Source: Planctomycetota bacterium
GTDB lineage: Bacteria; Planctomycetota; UBA1135; UBA2386
Length of the DNA: 64,000 bases
NCBI GenBank assembly: GCA_046290465.1
Contig: JBKAGP010000001.1
Span: 3,872,001 to 3,936,000 of the forward strand
Direction: 5' to 3'
Numbering within the stretch: position 1 is the first letter of the stretch; each line of letters opens with the position of its first letter. Shown one piece after another: positions 47,738 to 56,457 of the stretch. The notes under the pieces were generated by a model. It was not told where the DNA came from. It worked only from the letters and a program-made list of their open reading frames with translations, and did no database searches. Position numbers and translations under genes: made by a program.

Positions 47738-48754
47738 GTGATCCCCAACGCGCAGATCGTGCTGCCCGCCCGCCCGTTCGCCGAGACGCTCGCGTTCTTC
47801 CGCGAACGGCTCGGCATGCGCCTGCTGACGATCCGCCCTGCAGAGCAACCGATCACCGCGCTGGTCGCGGGCGGCGGCGTCCGGCTGCTGCTGGACGCGA
47901 CCCACGACGGCGACCCCGGCACGCTGCGCCTCGAGGCCGAGCGCGACGAGGACCTGCTCGCGCCCAACGGCACCCGCATCCAGCGGCGCGCGATCGCCGC
48001 GACCTCGGTGCCCCGTCCCACCGGCGCGCCGACCGTCGTCGGCCGGGCACGTCGCGACGACTGGACCGTCGGCCGCGCCGGCATGCAGTATCGCGACCTG
48101 ATCCCGGGCCGACTCGGCGGCCACCTGATCGCCTCGCACATCCGCATCCAGCACGGCGGCCCGGTGCCGGACGACGTGCACTTCCACGACATCTCGTTCC
48201 AGCTGATCCACTGCCTGCGCGGCTGGGTTCGCGTCGACTACGAGAACCCCGGCGGCGAGGTCGAACTGCGTGCCGGCGAGACGCTGCTGCAGCCGCCCGG
48301 GATCCGGCACCGCGTGCGGATGTGCTCCGACATGCTCGAGGTCGTAGAGATCACCAGCCCGGCCGAGCACCTGACGACGCTCGACCACGAGCTCGCGCTG
48401 CCCGACGCGACACTGGTCACGCACCGCCAATGGGACGGGCAGCAGTTCTTGCTGCATCGGCCATCGCTGCCGGGCGCGCCGCAGCCCGAACCCGAGGTCG
48501 ACTTCGAGCAGGCGACCGCCGGCCGCGTCCGCGTGCACCAGCTCGTCGCCGGAACGTCGGGCCGCATCGTCGGAGACCCCGCGTGCGTCGACTTCTTGTT
48601 CGTGCGTCGCGGCAGCGGCCGAATCACCATCGCCGACACCAGCCACGACCTGCCGGAGCACGGCGCGGCGACGCTGCCGCCCGGCCACACGGCCGACCTG
48701 CACGCGGCCGACGGCACGCTCGAAGCGCTGCACGTGCAGGCCGTCGTCGACTGA
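47738..48754 (+). CDS. Glyoxalase-like + cupin domain protein
   Basis: TLAFFRERLG; GRAGMQYRDLIP, VHFH, QPPGIRHRV, EITSPAEH. Confidence 0.85.
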   Translation: MIPNAQIVLPARPFAETLAFFRERLGMRLLTIRPAEQPITALVAGGGVRLLLDATHDGDPGTLRLEAERDEDLLAPNGTRIQRRAIAATSVPRPTGAPTVVGRARRDDWTVGRAGMQYRDLIPGRLGGHLIASHIRIQHGGPVPDDVHFHDISFQLIHCLRGWVRVDYENPGGEVELRAGETLLQPPGIRHRVRMCSDMLEVVEITSPAEHLTTLDHELALPDATLVTHRQWDGQQFLLHRPSLPGAPQPEPEVDFEQATAGRVRVHQLVAGTSGRIVGDPACVDFLFVRRGSGRITIADTSHDLPEHGAATLPPGHTADLHAADGTLEALHVQAVVD

Positions 48755-48762
48755 CGCCCCGC

Positions 48763-50109
48763 TCAGCCCTGCCAGGGCTCGCGCATCGTCACGAACTCCT
48801 CGGCCGCCGTCGGGTGGATGCCGATGGTCGCGTCGAAGGTCGCCTTGGTCGCGCCCGCCTTCAGCGCGATCGCGATGCCCTGGATGATCTCGCCCGCATC
48901 GGGCCCCATCATGTGCACGCCGACGACGCGGTCGGTGGCATCGTCGACGATCAGCTTCATCAACGTCTTCTCGTCGCGCCCGCTGATCGTGTGCTTCATC
49001 GGACGGAACGTCGACTTGTAGAGCGTGATGCGGTCGAACTCCTCGCGCGCACGCTCTTCGGTGAACCCGACCGTGCCGATGTTGGGCTGGCAGAACACCG
49101 CCGACGGCACGAACTCGTACTCGACCGGCCGGTCGACGCCGCCGAACTGCTTGCGCGCGAACGCCATGCCTTCGGCCAGCGCGACCGGCGTCAGCTCCAT
49201 GCCGCCGGTGACGTCCCCGACTGCGAAGATCGACGGCACCGCAGTGCGGAAGTCGCCGTCGACCTGGACGTAGCCGTCGTCGTCCTGCTCGACGCCGACG
49301 TTCTCGAGCCCGAGCCCGTCGGTGTTGGGCACGCGGCCGATCGCATAGAGCACCTGGTCGACCTCGACGTCGCTGCCGTCCGACAACCGGCACCGCAGCC
49401 CGCCTTGGGTCTTTTCGATCGAATCGACGATGACCTCGACGCGCAGATCGATGCCGGACTTGGGCAGCTCCTGCGCCGCGAACTCGCGCACGTCCCGGTC
49501 GAAGCCGCGCAGGAACAGCGGGCCGCGATACAGCTGGGTCACCTCGGCTCCGAGCCCGTTGAAGATGCCAGCGAACTCGACGGCGATGTAGCCGCCGCCC
49601 GCGATCAGGATGCGCCGCGGGAACTCCGGCAGGTCGAACACCTCGTTGGACGTGATGCCAAGCTCGGTGCCCGGCCGCGTATCGCGCCGCGGCCAGCCGC
49701 CGGTCGCGATCAGGATCTTGTCGGCGGTGATCCGCCGACCGCCCACCTCGACCTCGTTGGGCCCGACGATGCTGGCACGTCCGTGGATCACTTCGGCGCC
49801 GGCGTTGCCGAGCATCTTGTCGTAGATGCCGTTGAGCCGCGCGATCTCGTCCTTCTTGTTGTCACGCAGCGTGTGCCAGTCGAACGACGGCGTCTGCGCC
49901 GACCACCCGAACCCGCGCGCGTCCTCGAACGCATGGCGGAACTCGGACGCGTAGACGTAGAGCTTCTTGGGCACGCAACCGACGTTGACGCACGTGCCGC
50001 CGAGGTAGCGATCCTCGGCGATCGCGACGTTGGCGCCGAAGCCAGCGGCCATGCGGGCCGCGCGCACCCCGCCCGAACCGGCGCCGATGACGAACAGGTC
50101 GTAGTCCAT
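48763..50109 (-). CDS. gorA: Glutathione-disulfide reductase
   Basis: DLFVIGAGSGGVRAAR, GGTCVNVGCVPKK, GGGYIAVEFA, TIGIHPTAAEEFVTM. Confidence 0.95.
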   Translation of the reverse strand: MDYDLFVIGAGSGGVRAARMAAGFGANVAIAEDRYLGGTCVNVGCVPKKLYVYASEFRHAFEDARGFGWSAQTPSFDWHTLRDNKKDEIARLNGIYDKMLGNAGAEVIHGRASIVGPNEVEVGGRRITADKILIATGGWPRRDTRPGTELGITSNEVFDLPEFPRRILIAGGGYIAVEFAGIFNGLGAEVTQLYRGPLFLRGFDRDVREFAAQELPKSGIDLRVEVIVDSIEKTQGGLRCRLSDGSDVEVDQVLYAIGRVPNTDGLGLENVGVEQDDDGYVQVDGDFRTAVPSIFAVGDVTGGMELTPVALAEGMAFARKQFGGVDRPVEYEFVPSAVFCQPNIGTVGFTEERAREEFDRITLYKSTFRPMKHTISGRDEKTLMKLIVDDATDRVVGVHMMGPDAGEIIQGIAIALKAGATKATFDATIGIHPTAAEEFVTMREPWQG

Positions 50110-50233
50110 GGGGACGTCGTAGCGCGCCGGCCGCGCGTAGGAAAGCGGGGCATTGTGACACGCTGCCCAACGCGCCGCGGGGTTCCGCAATCCTCACGAA
50201 ATACGCGGCCCATCCCTTCATTGCACATCCGTC

Positions 50234-50461
50234 ATGCACGACCACGAAACCCGCCCCGCCGAACCGGACGCGGACCGCAAGGGCGGCGGGCGGTTCTCGA
50301 TCGCGGTCGCCGTCGTGCTGCTGATCATGACCACCGGCGGATTCGGCATTCCGATGGGTGCGATCTTCGACGACTTCCCGTTCGGCCTGATGATCGGCGC
50401 GGCGGTCGGCACGGTCATGGCGACCGGGGTCTACTGGTTCGCGCTTCGCAACCGCGGGTGA
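50234..50461 (+). CDS. Small two-TM membrane protein
   Basis: 75 aa, two hydrophobic helices, GC3-biased. Confidence 0.6.
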   Translation: MHDHETRPAEPDADRKGGGRFSIAVAVVLLIMTTGGFGIPMGAIFDDFPFGLMIGAAVGTVMATGVYWFALRNRG

Positions 50462-50543
50462 TCGGGCGCGTCGGGGGCGCCACCGAGCAGGTCCCACTGC
50501 CCCCCCACGTGTCCTGCCGCACCCGAACGGCTACCGTGTGCGC

Positions 50544-53486
50544 GTGAGCGCGACCCTCGTCACGAAGCCCGCCAGGCTCACGCGCGCCGCGTTGGTCGTG
50601 GCCGCGATGGCCACCGCGATCGCCGCGCAGGCGGCGCCCGGCTACAGCCGCGACGTTCGGCCGATCCTGTCGGAGAAGTGCTTTGCGTGCCACGGTCCGG
50701 ACGAGGCGGGGCGCGAGGCCGATCTGCGGCTCGACGTGGCCGGCCACGGCCGGACGCGGGAGCTGATCCAGCGCATCACCGCGACCGAACGCAGTGAGGT
50801 GATGCCGCCGCCGCACAGCGGCAAGACGCTGTCGAAGGCGGAGATCGCGACGCTGACGGAGTGGGTCGAGGCGGGCACGCCATACGAGACGCACTGGGCG
50901 TTCGTGCGGCCGGAGCGGGTGGAGGTCGCGGATGGAGCCGATGCGGGCGCGAGTGCGATCGACCGGTTGGTGCGGGCGCGCCAGCGCGAGCACGGCCTGC
51001 AGCCGGCACCCGAGGCCGACCGCGTCACGCTGGCGCGCCGCCTGTATCTGGACCTGACCGGGCTGCCGCCGACGCCGGCGCAGGCCGATGCGTTCGTGCA
51101 GGACCGAGCGCCCGGCGCCTACGAACGTCTGGTCGACGAGCTGATCGCTTCGCCGCACTACGCCGAACGGCAGGCGCGGCGCTGGCTCGACCTCGCGCGC
51201 TATGCCGACAGCAACGGCTACGAGAAGGACCGGCCGCGCAGCATCTGGCCGTATCGCGACTGGGTGATCCGCGCGTTCGAGGCGCGCATGCCGTTCGACG
51301 AGTTCGTGGTGCGGCAGCTGGCCGGCGACATGCTGCCGGATGCGACGGCCGAGGATCGGATCGCGACCGGCTTCCATCGCAACACGATGCTCAACGAGGA
51401 GGGCGGTATCGATCCGCTCGAGTTCCGCTTCCACGCGCTGACCGATCGGGTCGCGACCACCGGATCGGTGTTCCTCGGGCTGACCATCGGCTGCGCGCAG
51501 TGCCACACGCACAAGTACGACCCGATCACGCATCGGGAGTACTTCGGCCTGATGGCCTACTTCGACGACGCCGACGAACCCGACCTGCTCGTGCCCGACG
51601 CCGCCGCCGACCGTCGCCTCGCTGCCAACCGCGATCAGGCGCGACGACAGCTCGACGCGCTGTGGCGGTCCTGGCCCGAGGATGCCGAGCCGCGCGATCG
51701 TCGCTTCGCGCAGTGGCTGGGCGAACGCCGCGCGCAGGCGGCGGCGTGGACGCCGGCGCCGGTCGCCCGCGCTTCATCCAACCTGCCGACGCTGACCACC
51801 GATCGCGACCATCCGGGCGTCGTGGTCGCAACGGGAGACACCAGCAAGCACGACACCTACGACCTCGCGCTGGCGCCGCTCGCGACTACGGTCACCGCGA
51901 TCCGGATCGAGGCGCTGCCGGACGACGCGCTGCCGGCCGGCGGACCGGGCCTGACCTACTACGAGGGTCGCAAGGGCGACTTCTTCCTGTCGGAGTTCGT
52001 CGCGCACGTCGACGAAGGCGACGGACGGCGGCGCGCGAAGGTCGCGCGTGCGAGCGAGAGCTTCGCCAAGAACCAGTACGGTTCGCACCCCGCCAACGCC
52101 GCCGCGGCGATCGACGGGGACCTGCAGACCGGCTGGTCGACGCACACGCGCAACGGCGAACGGCACGTCGCGGTGTTCGTGCTCGCGGCGCCGATTCCGG
52201 CCGGCGCCGGGGTCACGCTCGAACTGCACTTCGGCCGACACTTCGCCAGTTCGCTCGGTCGCCTGCGGATCTCGGTGACGGACCGGGACGGCGGCGCCGA
52301 CGCGATGGCGCTCGCGTTCGACGACGACGGCGCCGTCGAGGCGCTGCTGCACGTGCCGGACGGCGAGCTCGACGAGGCGCAACGGCGCCAGCTGCGCGAT
52401 GCGTTCCTGCTCGAGGCGGCCGAGGTCGCCGAGGGTGCCGGCAAGGTCCGTCGGCTGCGCCGACGCGTCGAGCACGCCAGCACGCTGGTGATGCAGGAGC
52501 GTCCCGCCGCACGCGGCCGCGTCACGCGACGCCACCATCGCGGCGAGTTCCTGCAGCCCAAGGAACCGGTCGAACCGATGCTGCCGGCGGCGCTCGGCGC
52601 GACGCAGCGGCCCCGCAATCGGCTCGAACTGGCGCGGTGGCTGGTCTCGCGCGACAACCCGCTCGCCGGGCGCGTCGTCGTCAACCGCGAGTGGGCGGCC
52701 TTCTTCGGTCGCGGACTGGTCGCGACGCCCGGCGACTTCGGCGCGCAGGGCGCGGCCCCCAGCCATCCGGTGCTGCTCGACTGGCTCGCGGTCGACCTGA
52801 TCGAGGGTGGGTGGAACCTGCAGCGGTTGCACCGCCAGATCGTGACCAGCGCGACCTACCGACAGAGCGCGCGCGCCGCCGCCGGCCAGCTCGCGTGCGA
52901 TCCGGACAATCGCTGGCTCGCGCGCGCTCCGCGCCTGCGGCTCGACGCCGAGGTCGTGCGCGATGCGGCGCTGGTCGCGAGCGGCAAGCTCAGCGAAACG
53001 CGGTTCGGTCGGCCGGTGCGACCGCCGCAACCGAAGGACGTCACCGAGATCGCGTTCGGCCGGCCCGGGTGGCGCGCCGACCGCGGCGAGGCGCGCTTCC
53101 GACGCAGCATCTACACGTTCCAGAAGCGCACCGCGCCGTTTGCGTTCTATGCGACGTTCGACGCGCCGAGCGGCGAGTCGTGCCTGGTGCAGCGGCAGCG
53201 ATCCCGGACGCCGCTGCAGGTGCTGTCGCTGCTCAACGACCCGATGATGGTCGAACTGCACGAGGCCTTCGGGCAGGCGCTCGCGGCGCGCGCCCAACGG
53301 GACGGCGTCGGGGCGGCGCTGGTGCACGCGTTCCGCCGCGTCTGCACGCGCGCGCCGGAGGACGCGGAGCTCGACCGCCTGCGCGCGTTCTTCGACCGGC
53401 AGCTCGAACGGACCGACCAGAAGACCGCCTGGGCCGCCGTCGCGCGCGCGCTGCTGTGCCTGGAGGAGGCGGTGACCCGGAGCTGA
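50544..53486 (+). CDS. Planctomycete cytochrome c + DUF1549/DUF1553 (PSCyt2/PSD1) protein
   Basis: VRPILSEKCFACHGPD, WLDLARYADSNG, CAQCHTHKYDP, NPLAGRVVVNR, PSHPVLLDWLA. Confidence 0.92.
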   Translation: MSATLVTKPARLTRAALVVAAMATAIAAQAAPGYSRDVRPILSEKCFACHGPDEAGREADLRLDVAGHGRTRELIQRITATERSEVMPPPHSGKTLSKAEIATLTEWVEAGTPYETHWAFVRPERVEVADGADAGASAIDRLVRARQREHGLQPAPEADRVTLARRLYLDLTGLPPTPAQADAFVQDRAPGAYERLVDELIASPHYAERQARRWLDLARYADSNGYEKDRPRSIWPYRDWVIRAFEARMPFDEFVVRQLAGDMLPDATAEDRIATGFHRNTMLNEEGGIDPLEFRFHALTDRVATTGSVFLGLTIGCAQCHTHKYDPITHREYFGLMAYFDDADEPDLLVPDAAADRRLAANRDQARRQLDALWRSWPEDAEPRDRRFAQWLGERRAQAAAWTPAPVARASSNLPTLTTDRDHPGVVVATGDTSKHDTYDLALAPLATTVTAIRIEALPDDALPAGGPGLTYYEGRKGDFFLSEFVAHVDEGDGRRRAKVARASESFAKNQYGSHPANAAAAIDGDLQTGWSTHTRNGERHVAVFVLAAPIPAGAGVTLELHFGRHFASSLGRLRISVTDRDGGADAMALAFDDDGAVEALLHVPDGELDEAQRRQLRDAFLLEAAEVAEGAGKVRRLRRRVEHASTLVMQERPAARGRVTRRHHRGEFLQPKEPVEPMLPAALGATQRPRNRLELARWLVSRDNPLAGRVVVNREWAAFFGRGLVATPGDFGAQGAAPSHPVLLDWLAVDLIEGGWNLQRLHRQIVTSATYRQSARAAAGQLACDPDNRWLARAPRLRLDAEVVRDAALVASGKLSETRFGRPVRPPQPKDVTEIAFGRPGWRADRGEARFRRSIYTFQKRTAPFAFYATFDAPSGESCLVQRQRSRTPLQVLSLLNDPMMVELHEAFGQALAARAQRDGVGAALVHAFRRVCTRAPEDAELDRLRAFFDRQLERTDQKTAWAAVARALLCLEEAVTRS

Positions 53487-54934
53487 TGACGATGCGAGCA
53501 CGACTCGACTCCGACCCGTTGCGCGCCGGCCGCCGCCAGTTCTTGTCCGACTGCGGCGTCGGCCTCGGCAAGATCGCGGCGGCGTCCCTGCTGGCCGGCC
53601 CCGCGTTCGGCGCGGGCCGCGGCAGCGACCCGCGGCCGACCGACCCGCGGCCGCCGCACTTCGCCCCGCGCGCCAAGGCCGTCATCCACCTGTTCATGGG
53701 CGGCGCGCCGAGCCAGCTCGACCTGTTCGACCCGAAGCCGCAGCTGACGCGCTTCGAGGGCAAGCCGCTGCCGGCGTCGGTGATCGGCGACCAGCGCTAC
53801 GCGTTCATCCGGCCGGACGCGGCGGTGCTGGGGCCGCGGTTTGCGTTTGCGCGGCACGGCGAGTCGGGCGCGGTGCTCGGCAGCCCGCTGCGTCATCTGG
53901 CGTCGGTCGCCGATGAGCTGTGCATCGTGCGTTCGATGCACACCGACCAGTTCAACCACGCGCCGGCGCAGCTGCTGATGAACTCCGGGTTCTCGCAGCC
54001 CGGCCGGCCGAGCATGGGTTCCTGGGCGATCTACGGGCTCGGCGCAGCCAGCCGCGAACTGCCGGCGTTCGTCGCGATGAGCACGGGCTCCGGCCTGAGC
54101 GCCGGTTCGGCGCTGTGGTCGAGCGGCTTCCTGCCGAAGAGCTTCGACGGCGTGCGGCTGCGCAACGGCAGGGATCCGATCCTCAACCTGAGCACGCCCG
54201 AGCGCTTCGCCGCGCACGGGCTGCAGGAAGAGACGTTTGCGCTGGTCGCCGACCTCGACCGGCGTCGCGCCGAAGCGCTCGCCGATCCGTCGATCACGGC
54301 CCGCATCCAGTCGCTGGAGATGGCCGCACAGCTGCAGACCTCGGCGCCCGAACTGCTCGACCTGCAGAGCGAAGGCGCCGACACGCTGGCGCTCTACGGC
54401 TGCGATCCGGACGAGCCGTCGTTCGCGCGGGCGTGCCTGCTGGCCCGCCGTCTGGTCGAGCGCGGCGTTCGCTTCGTCAACATCTTCCACGAGGGTTGGG
54501 ACGCGCACAGCGACGTCAAGGGCAGCACGCTGCGCAACTGCCGCGCGACCGACCGCGCCTGCGCGGCGCTGGTGCACGACCTGAAGTGCCGCGGCATGCT
54601 CGACGACACGCTGGTCGTCTGGGGCGGCGAGTTCGGTCGCACGCCGATGGTCGAGACCAACCCGGCGCTCGGCCGCAGCCTCGGCCGGGATCACCACCCG
54701 CAGGCGTTTACGATCTGGATGGCGGGCGGCGGCGTGCGCGCCGGCCATACGCACGGCGCGACCGACGAGTTCGGTTTCCACATCGTCGACGGCCCGGTGC
54801 ACGTGCACGACCTGCAGGCGACGATCCTGCACCTGCTGGGCCTCGACCACGAACGGCTGACGTTCCGGCACGCCGGGCGCGACTTCCGCCTGACGGACGT
54901 GCACGGCCGGGTCGTGCGGGAGCTGCTGGCCTGA
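53486..54934 (+). CDS. DUF1501 family protein (Tat)
   Basis: RRQFL, AKAVIHLFMGGAPSQLDLFDPKP, WGGEFGRTP, GRDHHP, FRLTDVHG. Confidence 0.92.
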   Translation: MTMRARLDSDPLRAGRRQFLSDCGVGLGKIAAASLLAGPAFGAGRGSDPRPTDPRPPHFAPRAKAVIHLFMGGAPSQLDLFDPKPQLTRFEGKPLPASVIGDQRYAFIRPDAAVLGPRFAFARHGESGAVLGSPLRHLASVADELCIVRSMHTDQFNHAPAQLLMNSGFSQPGRPSMGSWAIYGLGAASRELPAFVAMSTGSGLSAGSALWSSGFLPKSFDGVRLRNGRDPILNLSTPERFAAHGLQEETFALVADLDRRRAEALADPSITARIQSLEMAAQLQTSAPELLDLQSEGADTLALYGCDPDEPSFARACLLARRLVERGVRFVNIFHEGWDAHSDVKGSTLRNCRATDRACAALVHDLKCRGMLDDTLVVWGGEFGRTPMVETNPALGRSLGRDHHPQAFTIWMAGGGVRAGHTHGATDEFGFHIVDGPVHVHDLQATILHLLGLDHERLTFRHAGRDFRLTDVHGRVVRELLA

Positions 54935-54995
54935 GCAGGGCCGTCAGCGCAGGACCGGCAGCGCAGGGCCGGCAACGCAGGGCCGGCAGCGCAGG
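54935..54995. repeat. 14-bp tandem repeat, about 4.4 copies (GCAGGGCCGGCAGC)
   Basis: Units start at 54935, 54949, 54963 and 54977, with a partial copy at 54991; fills the gap between convergent genes. Confidence 0.85.
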
Positions 54996-55000
54996 TGCTG

Positions 55001-55813
55001 CTACCTGCGCCGCAGCAGCAGCCGCGCCTGGTCGACCCGGTAGCCGCGGGCCCGGGCCAGCCGAACCCAGATCTCGGCTTCGGTGTCCGCGCCGGTGCGC
55101 TTCGGCCTGGCCTCTACCGCACGCAGGGCGGCGTGCCGCTCCTCGCTGTCGAGACCGTTGAAGCGGTATGCCGCGTCCTCGGCGGTGAACTGCTCGATCC
55201 CGCGGCGGAATCGGATGGAGTCCACCATCCCGGCGTGGTCGGCGACGCGCACGGGAAACACCAGATCGGCCAGCAGACCGTCGTCGAGCACGACGGTCTC
55301 GTAGGTCACGATGCGCCAGCCGGGCGGCGACGCCGGCCAGGCCTTGCCGACCTCGCCCGGCTTGACCAGCAGGTAGTCGCCGGATTCGAGCATGCGGATC
55401 TGCGCCGAACGAAGCTCGATCAGCTCCGACAGGTTGGCCTCGTCCATCAGCCCGCCGCCTTCGGCGCGCAGCCGGGCCAGGGCCAGCTCCTTCCTGCGCA
55501 CGTTCTCCTGCAGGTCCGTGGCGACGCGCGTGCGGAGGTCCGACGGCAGGTCCCCGAGCGGAGCCAGGGTCACCTTGGCCACGGCCAACGCAGCTGCGCT
55601 GGCGGTGGTCGGCGCTTCGTGCTCCGCGCAGCATTGCGGCTCTCGCTGCGGTGCGGCGAGGTCCGCCGGATCGAGTTGCGACGAGAACTGCTGCGCAGAG
55701 GTCTGCGCCAGTTCGGGCGCCGGCCTGGCGGCAGGGACCGCCGTGGTGCTGCGGCCGAACCACAGCCAGGAACCGACGACGAGCGCGATCGCGACGATCA
55801 ACGTGTAGCGCAT
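55001..55813 (-). CDS. N-anchored exported hypothetical protein
   Basis: N-terminal TM, Pro/Ala linker, helical domain; starts 4 nt after the upstream stop. Confidence 0.7.
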   Translation of the reverse strand: MRYTLIVAIALVVGSWLWFGRSTTAVPAARPAPELAQTSAQQFSSQLDPADLAAPQREPQCCAEHEAPTTASAAALAVAKVTLAPLGDLPSDLRTRVATDLQENVRRKELALARLRAEGGGLMDEANLSELIELRSAQIRMLESGDYLLVKPGEVGKAWPASPPGWRIVTYETVVLDDGLLADLVFPVRVADHAGMVDSIRFRRGIEQFTAEDAAYRFNGLDSEERHAALRAVEARPKRTGADTEAEIWVRLARARGYRVDQARLLLRRR

Positions 55814-55817
55814 GGCC

Positions 55818-56360
55818 CTAGCCTCCGCACTTGGCGCATTGCAGCGGGATCTTGGCGAAGGCGATCTTCTGCCCGCACTTGATCGTGATCTCGACGTCCT
55901 GGCTCTTGTCCTCGTCCGCGCAGGCGACGCTGCCGCTCACGACGTACGATTCCGAGCCGATGTTGTAGGGGATCGTGTCGTTGGTCGGACCCCACACGCC
56001 ATTGTCGTACGTGACCTGAAGGTCGCCGCCGTTGCAGCAGCAGTCGTCCACGTAGACGACATCACAGCTGAACTTGAGGCTGCATTCCGCCTCGAGGTCT
56101 TCGCAGTCGACGCCGTCGACTTCCTTGCAGTAGCCGTCCCCGAGGGTCGGCTGCGCGAGGTTCTGGATCTTGAAGCAGGTCGTCGCGCCGTCACCGCAGA
56201 GCACGACGGCGCTGTTGTTGGCGGGGCCGGCGGTTGCCGAACAGCTGCAGGGAACAGGATCGTCGACCGGCGCAGCGGCACGGATCTCGGTGGGAGGCGT
56301 CCAGGATGCGGTAGCGCCAACTACCAGGGCCAAGGCCGTCGCGAATCGAAGCACCGTCAT
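55818..56360 (-). CDS. Secreted cysteine-rich acidic protein (180 aa, 15 Cys)
   Basis: GAGGAG RBS, signal peptide, CSC / CCC / C-terminal CAKC. Confidence 0.8.
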   Translation of the reverse strand: MTVLRFATALALVVGATASWTPPTEIRAAAPVDDPVPCSCSATAGPANNSAVVLCGDGATTCFKIQNLAQPTLGDGYCKEVDGVDCEDLEAECSLKFSCDVVYVDDCCCNGGDLQVTYDNGVWGPTNDTIPYNIGSESYVVSGSVACADEDKSQDVEITIKCGQKIAFAKIPLQCAKCGG

Positions 56361-56457
56361 GTGAACTCTCCTCTCTTGAAGCAACCCGGGACCCTTCGAC
56401 CCGCGGACGTGAGACTCCCTATCCAGCCCGAGAAGCTATTGGCGCGCTCATACGATA

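Noticed and set aside
54935..54995. Possible CRISPR array
   Set aside because: The units are 14 bp, head-to-tail with no spacers, and there are no cas genes.
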